This document shows positions 22,500 through 34,779 of a stretch of DNA of 64,000 nt, piece after piece. The position numbers were made by a program, and so were the translations under genes. The stretch's first letter is position 1, and every line of letters starts with the position of its first letter. This DNA is from Hydrurus foetidus. Lineage: Eukaryota. The stretch is from the NCBI GenBank assembly GCA_900617105.1, contig UYFQ01000597.1:1-64000 (forward strand). The letters are read 5' to 3'. Below the pieces are notes generated by a model. The model saw only the letters and a program-made list of their open reading frames with translations, was not told where the DNA came from and ran no database searches.

Positions 22500-25400
22500 A
22501 GAGGGGCATCTTAGGATGGACCTTCATAGTATGCGGATAAAGAGATGTGAGTAAAGCTGACTTGTACGGACCCACCTCTCCTTCGAACTGATACGCGTAG
22601 TCGCAATGTCCTGGAGTCTCATAGTCCCGATCGAACACAGAAAACAGCTGAGAGGGGAAGTGAGATGAGGAGAGGAGTGGAGAGATGAGGACAGGAAATG
22701 AGAGGGAAGGAGAGAGGAAGATGAGCATCAGGGAAAGAGACAGAAAGAGGAACAATCAGGAAGATAAGCATCATCAGGAGACAAATACATCATTCGGAGA
22801 ATCACATCAATCCGTCAGAGCGGTACAGTACGTACGTCGTCTATGACTTGCAGGATGTCGTTGCTCTGGTTTGTCTTGATGTGGCTATTACTCGCTGCAT
22901 GGTATGACACACAACTCTCTACCCCTCCGTCTGCCCCTGACCCGTGATGTAGTGGCACTCCATTGGAAGTAGTAGCCGAATAACAGCCCCTTCCAGCCCG
23001 CACCAGACCTGCTAAGTCTTCGTGTGAAGGGGAGTGAGAGCTGAGCACTACGCTTCGACTCTGACTACCGCTGCTGAGACCGCCGTCCCCGTGGGATGCC
23101 CCTTCCTGTCCATGCTCGCTGGCAGGAGATCTGCTGCGGTCATCGTGCACTACATAGGATGCAGGAGAAGGAGAGGAAGAGACGGAAGCAGTGCACGTGT
23201 TGTACACTGAATAACCCCTCAGCCCTGACAGAGAAGAGGACAGCTCTGATCCACAAGCACCCGCACCCCCTCCCATGCTGTACGCACACCTACTGTCGCT
23301 GTTGCTCACGGTGTTGTATTCACGGGGCGACCCTTCGGTCTTGACGTACACATCACCCCCTATTCCTAGGACCTTTTTCTTAGGAGGAGAATTAAGCTCC
23401 AAACTGGGGATATTTAGAATAATGTTCTTAAGTGCTCTTTCATCTTGATCTCGCTGCCAATCCATGTTGCTCTCCATGTCTCTCTCCTGCTCCATCCCAC
23501 CACTGTTATCCCCTCCTGTGTGATGCTTCTCAGAGCTTGATGATGACGTTGGATTCGACAGAGATAACTTATGCGATATTTTCTGTTGCTGCGCCTTTGT
23601 AAGACAAGCCACTTTCTGTTTTTGTTCCTTCACTTTAGGAGGTCTCGGTTCTTTCAATTCCCTTGTTCTGGGTCGGCCTTTCTTCGGAACTTTGTTAAGT
23701 CCAAGATCTTCGATGTCGATGCTGCTGTGGGGGTCCAGCAGAGATTTCATCTACACGGTGATCGAGTCAAGTCAATCGAATAGTAGTCGGTTACATGAGA
23801 TGATAGATAAGAAGGTTCACTGTAGTGAAAGGAGAACAAGAGAAGAGAAGAGAAAAGAAAAGAAAAAAGGGGAAGAAAAAAAAGTATGAAGAAAAAGAAA
23901 GAGAAGAGGGAAATGAGAAGACAGTAGGTATGCGTGAACAGACAAGCTATCACAGTCTTCAATCGCAATAACAAGCTAGAGAATGAGGGATGGCATGGAA
24001 GGAATGAGACACTGAACTGAACAGACGGGGTATAGACGGTGTAGGTACCTCTACTTGGACGCCTACGTAATTCGTGATGTTGTTGCTCTGCTTATCTCTT
24101 ATCGCTGCAATGAAAACCTGACCACACGGGATGAGAAAGAGATACACACAGAGTAAGATTGAGAGATAGAGGTATACGTTATAACGATGAGAGGTACCGC
24201 ATTATAATTCATTTCACTGCTAGATGTTCACGCTCAAAGAGAATCGATGAAGATGTGCAAGTGGCTGTGCCCGTCGATATGGCATACTGTACCTGATTGA
24301 AGAATGGGGTGCCATCAGCGCGATAGTTCAGCAAGCACACAGAAGTGTCTCTTCCAGCCTTGATGCCCTCCCTCAGCACTTCCACTTGCACACTGTCGGT
24401 TCCTGGGCCTACAGATTCCGTAAAAAAGGATTCCGTAAGTAACCAACATTGCAAAACACATTTTTCTCAACACAAGATTTACATTTCACATAATCAGAAA
24501 ACATTCTAAGATTTAGATGAGTGAACTGCTGATTGCATCAGTGGTGGTTCTAAAATATGGTAAAATAAAATATAATAAATTATACCTTGAAGAAAGTTAC
24601 AGTTTCTGCCCAGAATGTTCTCCAAAGAATATCCGGATAAATCCAGGAATCCTTTTGAAGCGAATATGATTGGGTTATCAGGGAGAGCAGGATCGGATAT
24701 TATGTAGGACCTCTGAGCAGCCTGTATGGCCATCATTAAGCTGTGGTCTGCATTCTCCAGAATTGCGCTTGCTCTATTGTTTGAGTGAGCGATCTGTTGA
24801 TGTAATTGTTAAATTATAGGTCAGTGCTCTTCACACAAATAATAGGAGCTAAGTAGGCTACACATCAGACTGAAGAAGATTTCAGCAGTGCGCACTTGAG
24901 CTGAATTCAGAGGGGCGTTTTGGACTTGGGATGCGCTCTTGGACCCTCCCAAGCGCTGCCTCACTATGCCCTTAAGCATATCGTTCTCAACAGCGAGCTG
25001 GGCGACCTGCTTCTGAAGAGCCTGAAGATTATAATCATCATTAGGTTCCGATAAGATTACTAATGAGGTGAAAAATGCGTTGCACATTTCTGAGAATTAA
25101 TATATTTTCAGACGCACCTCAAAAAAGGATTTCTTTCGCAGTCTAGTTTTTCGGGCAAGAACTCGATTACGTTCCCTGCATTAACACGTGATATCGGGGT
25201 AAATTTTTGAACGGGATTCAGTGCGTTCTGCACAATTGCTTTTAGGAAGTCCCAACTACCTCCTGCGATCAAGTTGATCCCTCGTTTTAGGACCTCCTCC
25301 ATCATCATGCTTCCTTTTCTTCCCATTTTCTAGGTCATCCTCATCACCGGAGCTAAAATCTGTAGGCCAGTCAAACATGGGATGCATGGTCAGAAAAGAG

Positions 25401-25604
25401 GATTCTGTAGCCCTCTTGACCACCGGTTTGGCAAATTTCATGCCGATCACCTTCTTCATCGGAAACATCGGTCGAAAACGAAGGATTCGAATTCTCCCCC
25501 TCCTGGTTAGTCACTCCAAACTCACTCTCCAATTCTAAACCAACAAAGTCTTGGTCGTTTAACATACTCTCTGTCTCACATATCATAGCCGCACTCGTCA
25601 TCAT
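22500..25604 (-). CDS. AUREO: Aureochrome-type bZIP-LOV transcription factor with a long C-terminal extension (multi-exon; 3' end uncertain)
   Basis: bZIP: DRRR|ERNRVLARKTRLRKKSFFE|ALQKQVAQLAVENDMLKGIV. LOV: SYIISDPALPDNPIIFASKGFLDLSGYSLENILGRNCNFLQ|GPGTD...LLNYRADGTPFFNQ|VFIAAIRD...YVGVQVE. A phase-0 splice then leads into the 23750-22836 exon. Confidence 0.88.
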
Positions 25605-26415
25605 ATCGAGCGATTTTGGAGCAGTTCTGACCGCCGATATCACTTTCGCGGATAACGCCTCTAAAGCTTCATTCCCACCGCGGAACACATTGCGCTCCAG
25701 GGAAGATGCGAGATCCGCGACTGTTGTCGACCTTCTAGCAGCGACTTCTCTGCTATCGTAACAGCTAAAAGCTGAAAGAGTCTACTGGCAACACGGACTA
25801 AGATATTCCGCACGAACCGGGACAGCTAGATGAAGACTTCAATTTAATTTCCGCAGTCGAGTGACGATGGACCCTCTCGAGACCCTGACGTACTTGACGG
25901 AGAAAACAAGCCTGTTTTGCAACCTATTCCTACTTTTAGCCCGAAATTGCCAACAGACAAACAAGTGGACCTACTGGTTGAACTTTCCCCAAAAATATTG
26001 TAAAAAAAATAAAATTATTGTGCAACCTCAACAACTTCGTTTTTTTTTCCAACTGAAGCTAACTGTTAAGCGACATACGTATGTATAGTTTGAGAACCGC
26101 TGAAGGTTCTCGCCTGTCAACTCCCGAGAAGATCTCACAATTCGAACTGAGATCGCACCATACAAGCAGGAAGAGGAACATAGTGCTCAAGGGCTCGAAG
26201 AGTTGACCAATTTGCTTTTACCCATTTATACCGCAGCAGTACTTCACGAATGTCTTTTTTCCAGAAATATTTGTCGAAGGTGATAGACATCAAGAGAATG
26301 AATCTGTCCAAACTTTTTGAATTTTAGATGGATGGTATGTACCATCTACGAACAGTGGCTAACGATTTATTGGTTCGGCTTCCCTATCTAGAAAAAGTCA
26401 TCTGGGACTCCTACC

Positions 26416-29400
26416 ATGAAAGAAACCCAGCAACAGGATCCAACAGCGAGAGTTGCGAGTCATCACGGTCAGTTCAGAAATGAAGTCGACGAAACTAAAA
26501 TACGAAGATTTCTTTGACAGATCATTCTTAATCTGTTTCTGAATTTCTTTCAGCGAAATCTACCTCTTTGACGTTGGAGACTACTACAGCCGTTGCTAGC
26601 TCACCAGCCTCGGATGCCATCGGCGATCTTTCACAGATTGAACTTGACATCGTGCCTGCAAGAAGAGTGCAGATCTTCAATGAGTCTGAGGTATCGGAAG
26701 TGAACTATTTATTCTTGAGCGTTCTGCAGATATTACAAGCGCAAAATCACGTCCTCACTTACTCGTTCTACAGACTTTTGCACCTGATGACTCACTGGAG
26801 CTCAAGGTTTACCCGAAGAGCGAGGAGACGAAGACCTGCCTTTTCAGCGCGCTCATGCTACATTTCTTGTTCGAGACTCTACCTGAAAAGGAGCTCACTA
26901 AGATCATAGATTGTATGAAGCCCATGGAAGCACAGGCAGGACAAGTTGTGATCAAGAAGGGAGACCCCGGAGATTTGTTTTACTGCCTCTACTCCGGAAC
27001 TGCTTCGGCTTGCATTGAGGATGACGTTGAAGTCATGTCCTATGTGAAGGGTGCCTGTTTCGGGGAGTTGGCTCTCTTGTATAATTGTCCACGAGCAGCA
27101 TCGGTGATCGCGAGAACAGAATGTTCTTTATGGACATTGGACCTCAAGTACGTACATGTTATCTCTGACTAATGCAGCCACTATACACTGATCCCGTCTA
27201 ACGCTTCCTCTCTATTGTATCATTTTAGGACTTTCCGTAACATTCTTGCATCCACATCATCGAACACTATGGCTGTTCGGTGCGAATTCCTCTCGAAATG
27301 CCCTTTCCTCGAGCACATGTCTAATAAGCAAATTACAAAGCTAGCAGGCGCTTTAGACATCACCTACTATGATGCGGGTGACTACATTCTTAAGCAAGGA
27401 GAGAGCGGAGACAGTTTCTACATCATTGAAGAAGGCACTGTTAAATGCACTCAGAGAAAAACAAGTGGACGGGAATGCGAGCTAATGTAAGTCATGTGAT
27501 GTCGTTGTAAATGTGACATGGTATTCATGACGAGAAATATAAGAGAAAGGATGACTACTTGACATATTTAACAGTCCACACGTACACGACTGACAGTTAT
27601 CCATACATTTACGTCATCAGAAACCTGAAGGAAGGAGACTACTTCGGAGAAATGGCACTCATGCTCAACGAGAGAAGACACGCCAACTGCATCGCTGTCA
27701 CTTTCGTGAAGTGCCTCTCCCTTAACAGAGCTAAGTTCGACATGCTCATGGGTCAGGCGAGACAGCTGATGGCTAAGCGCATGCGTGTTAGAATTCTGCA
27801 GAGCGTTCCTCTGCTAGCCAAGTTGTCAGAGAACAAGTTACTCGAGTTAGCCAGTGTGATGAAAGTGCAGTCCTTCCCAGACAACGCGTACATCATTAAG
27901 GAAGGTGACGAAGGGTCCAGGTTCTACATCATCAATGAAGGGGAGGTGCGGTGCATGTTGCCCATGAGAGAGGGAGTGGAGCCAGAGGAGGTTGCTAGAC
28001 TGTATCCCCAGCAGTTCTTCGGAGAGAGGGCTCTTGTCACCAATGAAGTCCGCGCTGCCAACATTATCGCATGTGGCCCAGTGGAGTGCCTTGTGCTTGA
28101 CCGCACCTCTTTCCAAGTACTGCTCTCTGACTTGAAGAGTGACATCACAGAAGAGATGGTAGCGAGGGAGACGGATCTCAAGAGAGAGGGAGAAGCCACG
28201 CAGAAGACGAGCAACATCAAGATTGAAGACTACTACATTGACGGTCACGAGTTCACCACACACAAGCTCGAAGACTTGAAAGTCATGCGTACTGTGGGTA
28301 CAGGAACGTTCGGACGTGTGAAGGTTGTGCAGCACATGGACGGATCCATGTATGCCCTCAAGTGCATGAACAAAGCGGAGATAGTGGCTCTGCATCAGGA
28401 GAAGAACACTCTTGCTGAGAAGAACCTTCTGCACGACTGCGCGAAGTGCCCCTTTATTCTCCAGCTATACCAGACATTCAACAGAGCGAATCAAATCTTC
28501 ATGCTCACAGAGTTCGTGCAGGGTGGAGAATTGTGGTCTTACATCTATGAGAAGAAAGGAGCGGTGCCGCGCGCTCCTGATGGCGGTTTCGATGTCAACG
28601 CTGTCAAGTTCTACGCAGCCAATGTCGTGCTTGCATTCAAATTCATGCACAGTAAAGGCATATCTTACAGAGATCTTAAACCTGAGAATCTCCTGCTGAA
28701 CCATGACGGGTACTTGAAAGTCATTGATTTCGGTTTTGCGAAGAAGCTCCCTTACACCAAGAGGGGTGTGGAGATGGACAAATCATACACACTGGTAAGT
28801 CACACAGACGCTATTGCGATATGATGTACTACACCATCTTTTCAACTGACACTGTTGTTCTCTTTCTTGGCATCCGATCTGAATTGAAATCTCCACTACT
28901 GAACTTCTCCTTCACGTTTCTCTCATTTCATGTATTCCTCACTCTCTCCTTTCCTGTCATCTCCTTCACAGTGCGGCACACCTGAGTACCTCGCACCCGA
29001 GATAATTCTCTCTAAGGGGTACGACAAGAACGTGGACTACTGGGCACTAGGCTGTCTGATCTACGAGATGATCTACACACACACACCCTTCCAAGCCGAG
29101 TACACCTCCAAGATATTCCAACACATCGTTGCGTCAGAGAGGTACCTCAAGTTCGGATTGAAGGGCTCGGAAGACACGATCTCCATCATCAGAGGGCTAT
29201 TGTGTCCCAACCCTTCCTTCCGTCTGGGCAACCTGAGTGCGGGTATCAAGGGTATCATGGACCACCCCTTCTTCGCTGACGTGGACTGGGGGGTGATGTG
29301 TCGCAGACAAGTGCAGCCTCCGTATGTGCCTGTCATCAAGGGCGGTATGGATGCTTCAAACTTCAACATCTATGAGGAAGAGGGAAAGATCCCGCAGTAC

Positions 29401-29433
29401 AGCGGGAGCGAGGAACACTTCGACTTGTTCTAA
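26416..29433 (+). CDS. Cyclic-nucleotide-regulated AGC protein kinase (three CNB domains fused to a PKA/PKG-type kinase domain); about 6 exons
   Basis: CNB cassettes FGELALLYNCPRAASV, FGEMALMLNERRHANC and FGERALVTNEVRAANI. Kinase motifs GTGTFG, YRDLKPEN, DFGFAK and TL|CGTPEYLAPE, plus an AGC C-tail (PPYVP...F..F). Confidence 0.92.
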
Positions 29434-29529
29434 GTCACTGAGAAGGAGAGTTTTATTATTATTATTCATTTGATTCACTTTATGTGGTGCAGAACGTATT
29501 GAATTTCATCGTTTCATTCGTTTATTTAC

Positions 29530-29564
<35 letters not shown>

Positions 29565-30471
29565 TTTTATCAAAATTATCAAGTCTTTCAGTAGGAAAGA
29601 TTGAGTCAGGTCACTTAACGTGGCAGGCAGGTTACGTCATGTCCTTTACTCACTGTACAGCACTACCAATGTGTTGAATACATACTTTACTGGGGCTTAT
29701 CTTATCTTATTTCGTAGTAACTTTATTGATAGTTGAGAGGTCGGAGGGGGACTGTCAGATTAAATTAAGTGTGTAGGTTATTCGTACTATTCAATTGATG
29801 ATTACGAATGCCATGCAAATAGTCAACTCTAACCATGTTGTTTCCACTTTCTATTAGTGATTTCATCGTATACGTAATGTCGACTGCCCTGTGGCTGCGT
29901 TATTTTCTCTCTTATCATATCGCGTCAAGGTGCTTTATGGATTACATTTGTTGTGAACAAAACGATTTTATCTTTTTTAATTAAACGGAAGTTTATTTTA
30001 GCATTCTTACAATGATCCGCGAGTTCCTTCAATGCGCAGCGCGATATAGTAGATCAGGTGAAACGAGAGGTCAGAAAGCATTACTGTTGGTAACTGTTCC
30101 ATCAGCGATATAGCTGCGCTCTTTTTGATGGATACCATAGGTAACAGTTAAAATGGTTTCCACTGTAGGCTGGTCCACGCATATAACTATTTTAACTACA
30201 GTCACTGTTTGGGAAAATCACGATTTTACGCTAATATTCGTTTTTCTCTTTACCTTCCAGTTGAAGAGTTCCTTCCGCATCGACATCGGAAGCAAATCTT
30301 ATCAAGACCGAAAGCGACTTCGATCAATAAGAAAACCTCAAAACAGCGAGAAGCACTACAGCGTGATAGAAGTTGTCGGTAATCTCACAAAGATGATCAT
30401 TTCGCACTGAGTGTCGTTCCGTGAAACACTCAGCTAGCGCTTATCAGTGAAGAATTGGTGAAGGCTGTGAT

Positions 30472-31626
30472 ATGATACCTGCACTTCTGAAACAAGCTGT
30501 GACGCTTTTCTTCATCTACAATTGTGCAATTGGATTCAAATTGCCGCTGCGGCCACTGGTATCACCCATATCTTGCAAACGTGCAGACACAAGGCTGCAA
30601 ATTAGTGTTCTACAGCGGCGACAACAGGCTTTGAAATTGAGAACAGAACCTGGAACTGAGTCTGCGACAGAACGCTTTGGATCGACGGGCAGATTGTTGC
30701 TATCTGGGATTGCATTAGCTGGTGCAGCTGAGACAGCACTACTGACTTATTCCAAAATATCATCAACAAGCCTAGGAAACTTTTGCAGCAGTCCAGAGTC
30801 ATGCAGCAGTGTTCTCAGCGGCCCCTATTCGACGATACCATTCCTGAATGTCCCTCTCTCAGCAGCAGCATTTATTGGATACTCCATCGTTGCAGGTTTA
30901 TCTTTGTTGCCATTTCTCAAAAGCTCTTATGACACTCCTCAGGCGAGATCTGTGATATTACTCACCAGCTCGGGGATGGCTGCTTTCAGCGTGTACCTCA
31001 TGATTCTGCTGGCAACCGTCATTCAAACCCCGTGCAACTTTTGCTATCTCAGCGCCACACTTTCTTTCCTCATGATTGGGATCACATCAACTCAAAGAAT
31101 TGTGGAGAATCCAACGAAATCGTTTTTGATCAGCGCAACATCGGCATCTATATCTTTCATCGTCAGCATTTTCTTATTCTACACCACTAGCACTTTGATT
31201 AAGAATTCCGCACTAGCTGAATCAGAATCGGTGGCTGTAGGAGTCACAGCTGTTACAGCAGATGTTAAAGAAATCGACAAGAAACCTCCTCAAGAGGCAC
31301 CGAAGATAAAGAACAGTTCCTCTCCTAGGGCTATCTTAATTGGAGAACGCCTACATGCACTGAATGCAAAAATGTATGGAGCGTTCTGGTGCTCTCATTG
31401 CAACAATCAAAAACAAGAATTAGGCATAGAGGCTTCCAAGTTATTTGAGTACGTAGAATGCGCGAAAGATGGTGTGGATTCGAAATACAGCATTTGCAAG
31501 GATGAAAAAATCCCAGGCTTCCCAACATGGCAAATAAACGGTCAGCTATTCCCTGGTGAAAAGGATTTAGGAGAGTTAGAGAAGCTGCTTGATGCTGTTG
31601 AGAAAACCACTGTTGTTATGAAGTAG
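30472..31626 (+). CDS. LTO1: VKOR-thioredoxin fusion (plastid lumen thiol oxidoreductase, LTO1-like)
   Basis: Signal peptide plus transit-like region; VKOR C..SCSSVLSGPYS and CNFC; thioredoxin-like MYGAFWCSHCNNQK, YVEC and GFPTWQING. Confidence 0.9.
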   Translation: MIPALLKQAVTLFFIYNCAIGFKLPLRPLVSPISCKRADTRLQISVLQRRQQALKLRTEPGTESATERFGSTGRLLLSGIALAGAAETALLTYSKISSTSLGNFCSSPESCSSVLSGPYSTIPFLNVPLSAAAFIGYSIVAGLSLLPFLKSSYDTPQARSVILLTSSGMAAFSVYLMILLATVIQTPCNFCYLSATLSFLMIGITSTQRIVENPTKSFLISATSASISFIVSIFLFYTTSTLIKNSALAESESVAVGVTAVTADVKEIDKKPPQEAPKIKNSSSPRAILIGERLHALNAKMYGAFWCSHCNNQKQELGIEASKLFEYVECAKDGVDSKYSICKDEKIPGFPTWQINGQLFPGEKDLGELEKLLDAVEKTTVVMK

Positions 31627-31901
31627 CCTAACCCCGCATTATTTTTGTGCTTTTATTTAATTTGATCGATTGCAGCCGATTTTAACAGTGTATGACGGTA
31701 CTGCCACACTCGATCAAAACAGACAGATCTCTTATAACCGGCTATCAGATATCGACGGAACTAAAGCGCTGCATTCCAATAAAAATTAAACGGGCCCAGC
31801 TGCTGCGACGAAACAACATTCCTCAGTGAACTTAGACGAGATGAGATGAGATACAATGAATTTAATAGGTCATTCAAAATGAGCGACACAAAGCAGCTTC
31901 T

Positions 31902-33421
31902 CTATTTTTTCTTCTCTATGGCCGACTTCTTTTCATCTGATCCCCATCTTTCTCCGAATGTTTTCAACTCCAATTCCTGTGTGTGTTTCTTGGACAGATA
32001 TTCGTTGGAAGCAACTAATATCTTGGCAGAGGCGACTGCTTTAGAGAAGGGCTGGGCAGTGAAGGGCAGTAGAAATGCCTCACCCGCAGCTTGTAAGGAA
32101 GCGCTGTACACGATGATGTCAGACTGTGCGTACGTGAGGGATGTATGAGTGAATGACAATCTAAGTTAGAATAGCGGTAGATGGTACAGTGCGTGCATAG
32201 TGTAGACAAAGAAGGAAGAAAGAGCGTGACGCCACTGAATCAAAGAGGGGAAAGCGAAAAATGTAATGCATATAGAATATTGAATGGAGCCTCATATCAT
32301 CAGAACATTCGCTATACGGTACCTCCGCCTCACTGGCAGGAGCATCGCACTTAGTGTCCTGCACAATGCCGTCTATCAGTCCTAAGGACAGGGCCTCATC
32401 CGCTTGCACATTAGCAGATGATCCTAACAGTCTCAGTGCTTTCTGACGTCCTTAGAAAGAAGAAAGTTGAGTGATGAAGATTGAGACAGTCACGGATGGA
32501 TGTGAGTCAATTTGCATCATCCATTACCTATGATAGAGACAAGTCTGCTGGCTGAACCCCACCCAGGGCTAGCTCCTATCTTAGCGTGTACGAAGCAGAT
32601 GTGCCGATCTGGTGCGTCAGTCATCAATCTGTATAGTGCAGAACAGGCACACAGTATGTACGCATGTTAAGGAGGGCGACTGGGCGACTTGACTACTCAG
32701 AGTGAACGGAACATTTATTGCTTGATCTGCAAATACCTGTAGTCACACACAGTGATGATCTCAGCACCACCACCAATCGCAGTTCCGTTTATGAGGCAAA
32801 CACTGATGAGACCGGAGCTTCGCACTCTTGTGAAAGCATCAGTCATAAATTGGGACATACTGATGCCCAATTGTGCTGTGTTAACTAGTTGAGATAAAAT
32901 GCAGCGGTTGTACAGAGGGAAGGAATTTGAGCTCTGCAGGACACGAAAGCCGGGCGGCCAGAAGGTTAGGCGATAAGACATATTTCAACTTCGTGCAATT
33001 TACCTATTTCCCTGACAAGGTTCAAATCAGCTCCAGCCGAAAAAATGTTCCCCGAACTTCTGAGGAGCAGGCCCACGACTGGTTGATCGCTTTTATTCCC
33101 AGTTCCAGGGGTTATTTGAGTTGCTTTAGTGGGCTTGCTGCCATCATCTAATAAAATATCTAGAGCATCGGCTAGCTGATTCATCATCCGGCCAGATATG
33201 GCATTACGAACTGTTTCGTTTGTGAATGAAAGTGTCGCTATTTGCTTCGGATAATCATAAGTCAATGTCACTGATCCTGCCCCATGGCCATCGACAAGGC
33301 CGAGGAAGACTTTGTGCTTCTCCCGCAAAGAAACCAAGTTACGGTGTGAGACAAAACACTTTCGAGGTACAGGCGATCTGTAGCATGTGCCAGCAGAAGC
33401 GCCCAATATGATGCGCCTCAT
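31902..33421 (-). CDS. Enoyl-CoA hydratase/crotonase-family protein (ECHDC1-like), multi-exon
   Basis: RNAISGRMM, FSAGADL, LINGTAIGGGAEIITVCDYR, FVHAKIGASPGWG, EALSLGLIDGI and FGERWG motifs across exons. Confidence 0.85.
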
Positions 33422-34779
33422 TTGACTCGTAAAAGAGAACTTGTGACGATTCCCTGATTGCTGCGCTCTCCTCAATCTGAAGCTCACTGATCCCTATGCC
33501 AACTTCTTGTTGATAATTTGTTGAAGTGAGACCTCATCATGATAAAATGCCAAATGGAAAATGGGTAACCCTCGCTCAGGGCTCTGTGATCAAATCGGAC
33601 TGTCACCCCGTAAGTACTTGCTTGTAGTTCACCGTTCACCTACTGTACCGCACAGTGTTCAGTACTGTGGCAGTGGCAACGAACAACTTTCGGGACAATA
33701 TTATGCACATGCTGCGTCGCCTAAATAGTTGCTAGCTACCTTTGAACGATCTTAAACTTTGTGAATTGAAGGTATAGCGAAACTTAATGCTTTACTGCGG
33801 CTTCTAAAAGAATTTTGAAGAAATTACTTGTGCACCTCTCCGAAGAAAATTATTCATTGGTGTTGGTATTCGATTTCGTCTATGAGGAGGAAGACGTACG
33901 GAATATAAGTGATGCAGCGAATAGTAGAAGTAAAAGTATTAACCATGTAGACTAAGGCTGTATTCTGTATTCTGTATGTTATAAAGTGTGGTGCTGTACA
34001 GAAAAATACATATCTTGGTGTGGCACCTGCAACCTCACATGTAGACAGATGCTTTGCTTGTGATAGCTGTGGTGAATTACTGAACACATTGTTGTGGCGT
34101 GCATATCTCCTATGAAGACGCTCCTAGTACCTCACACGAGTGGCAACACCTGCTCCTCTCTCTGTGTCCCTCGTCCACACGGATGCATGAGAACGATACT
34201 GTCCGGTGATGAGCAGTGATCGTCACTCAAGCGGCAACACAAATTATTCCACTCTGCTCTACTCTTCGCTTGTCTACTCTGTTTTTCTAAAATTCGCTCA
34301 AATCAGCACATCGTCCCACTCGTTGTCATCGAGTGTCTGACCGTCCATTCCAGTATTGTTCAGTCATTCCGAGGAGACATCACAAGAGAGGCAAAACAGC
34401 ACGTCTATTCAAATCTACAGGAGTGCGGGTGTGTCACAATTCGGATATCGTCGATTCAGCTGTAATCAGTGCATGAGGAGAATTGAATCGAGGCGACTGT
34501 TCATTCAAGTAGGAGGAGGAGTAGGAGAAAGAAGAGGAGGAGGGGGGGAAGGAGGAGGAGAAACAAGAGGAGGAGAAAGAGAAGGAGAAACAAGAGGAGG
34601 AGTAGGAGAAAGAAGAGGAGGAGGGGGGGAAGGAGGAGAAGGGAGATAAGTGGCGGTGCAGATGTCGACGCTTGTCACCCATCCACCGCACCCGCACCCA
34701 CACCCACACCCACGTAGTCAAAGTTGCGAATGTGTGTGTCTGTACGTGTGCGCTTTTCTCTGTCCTCCTCCTCTCTCCT

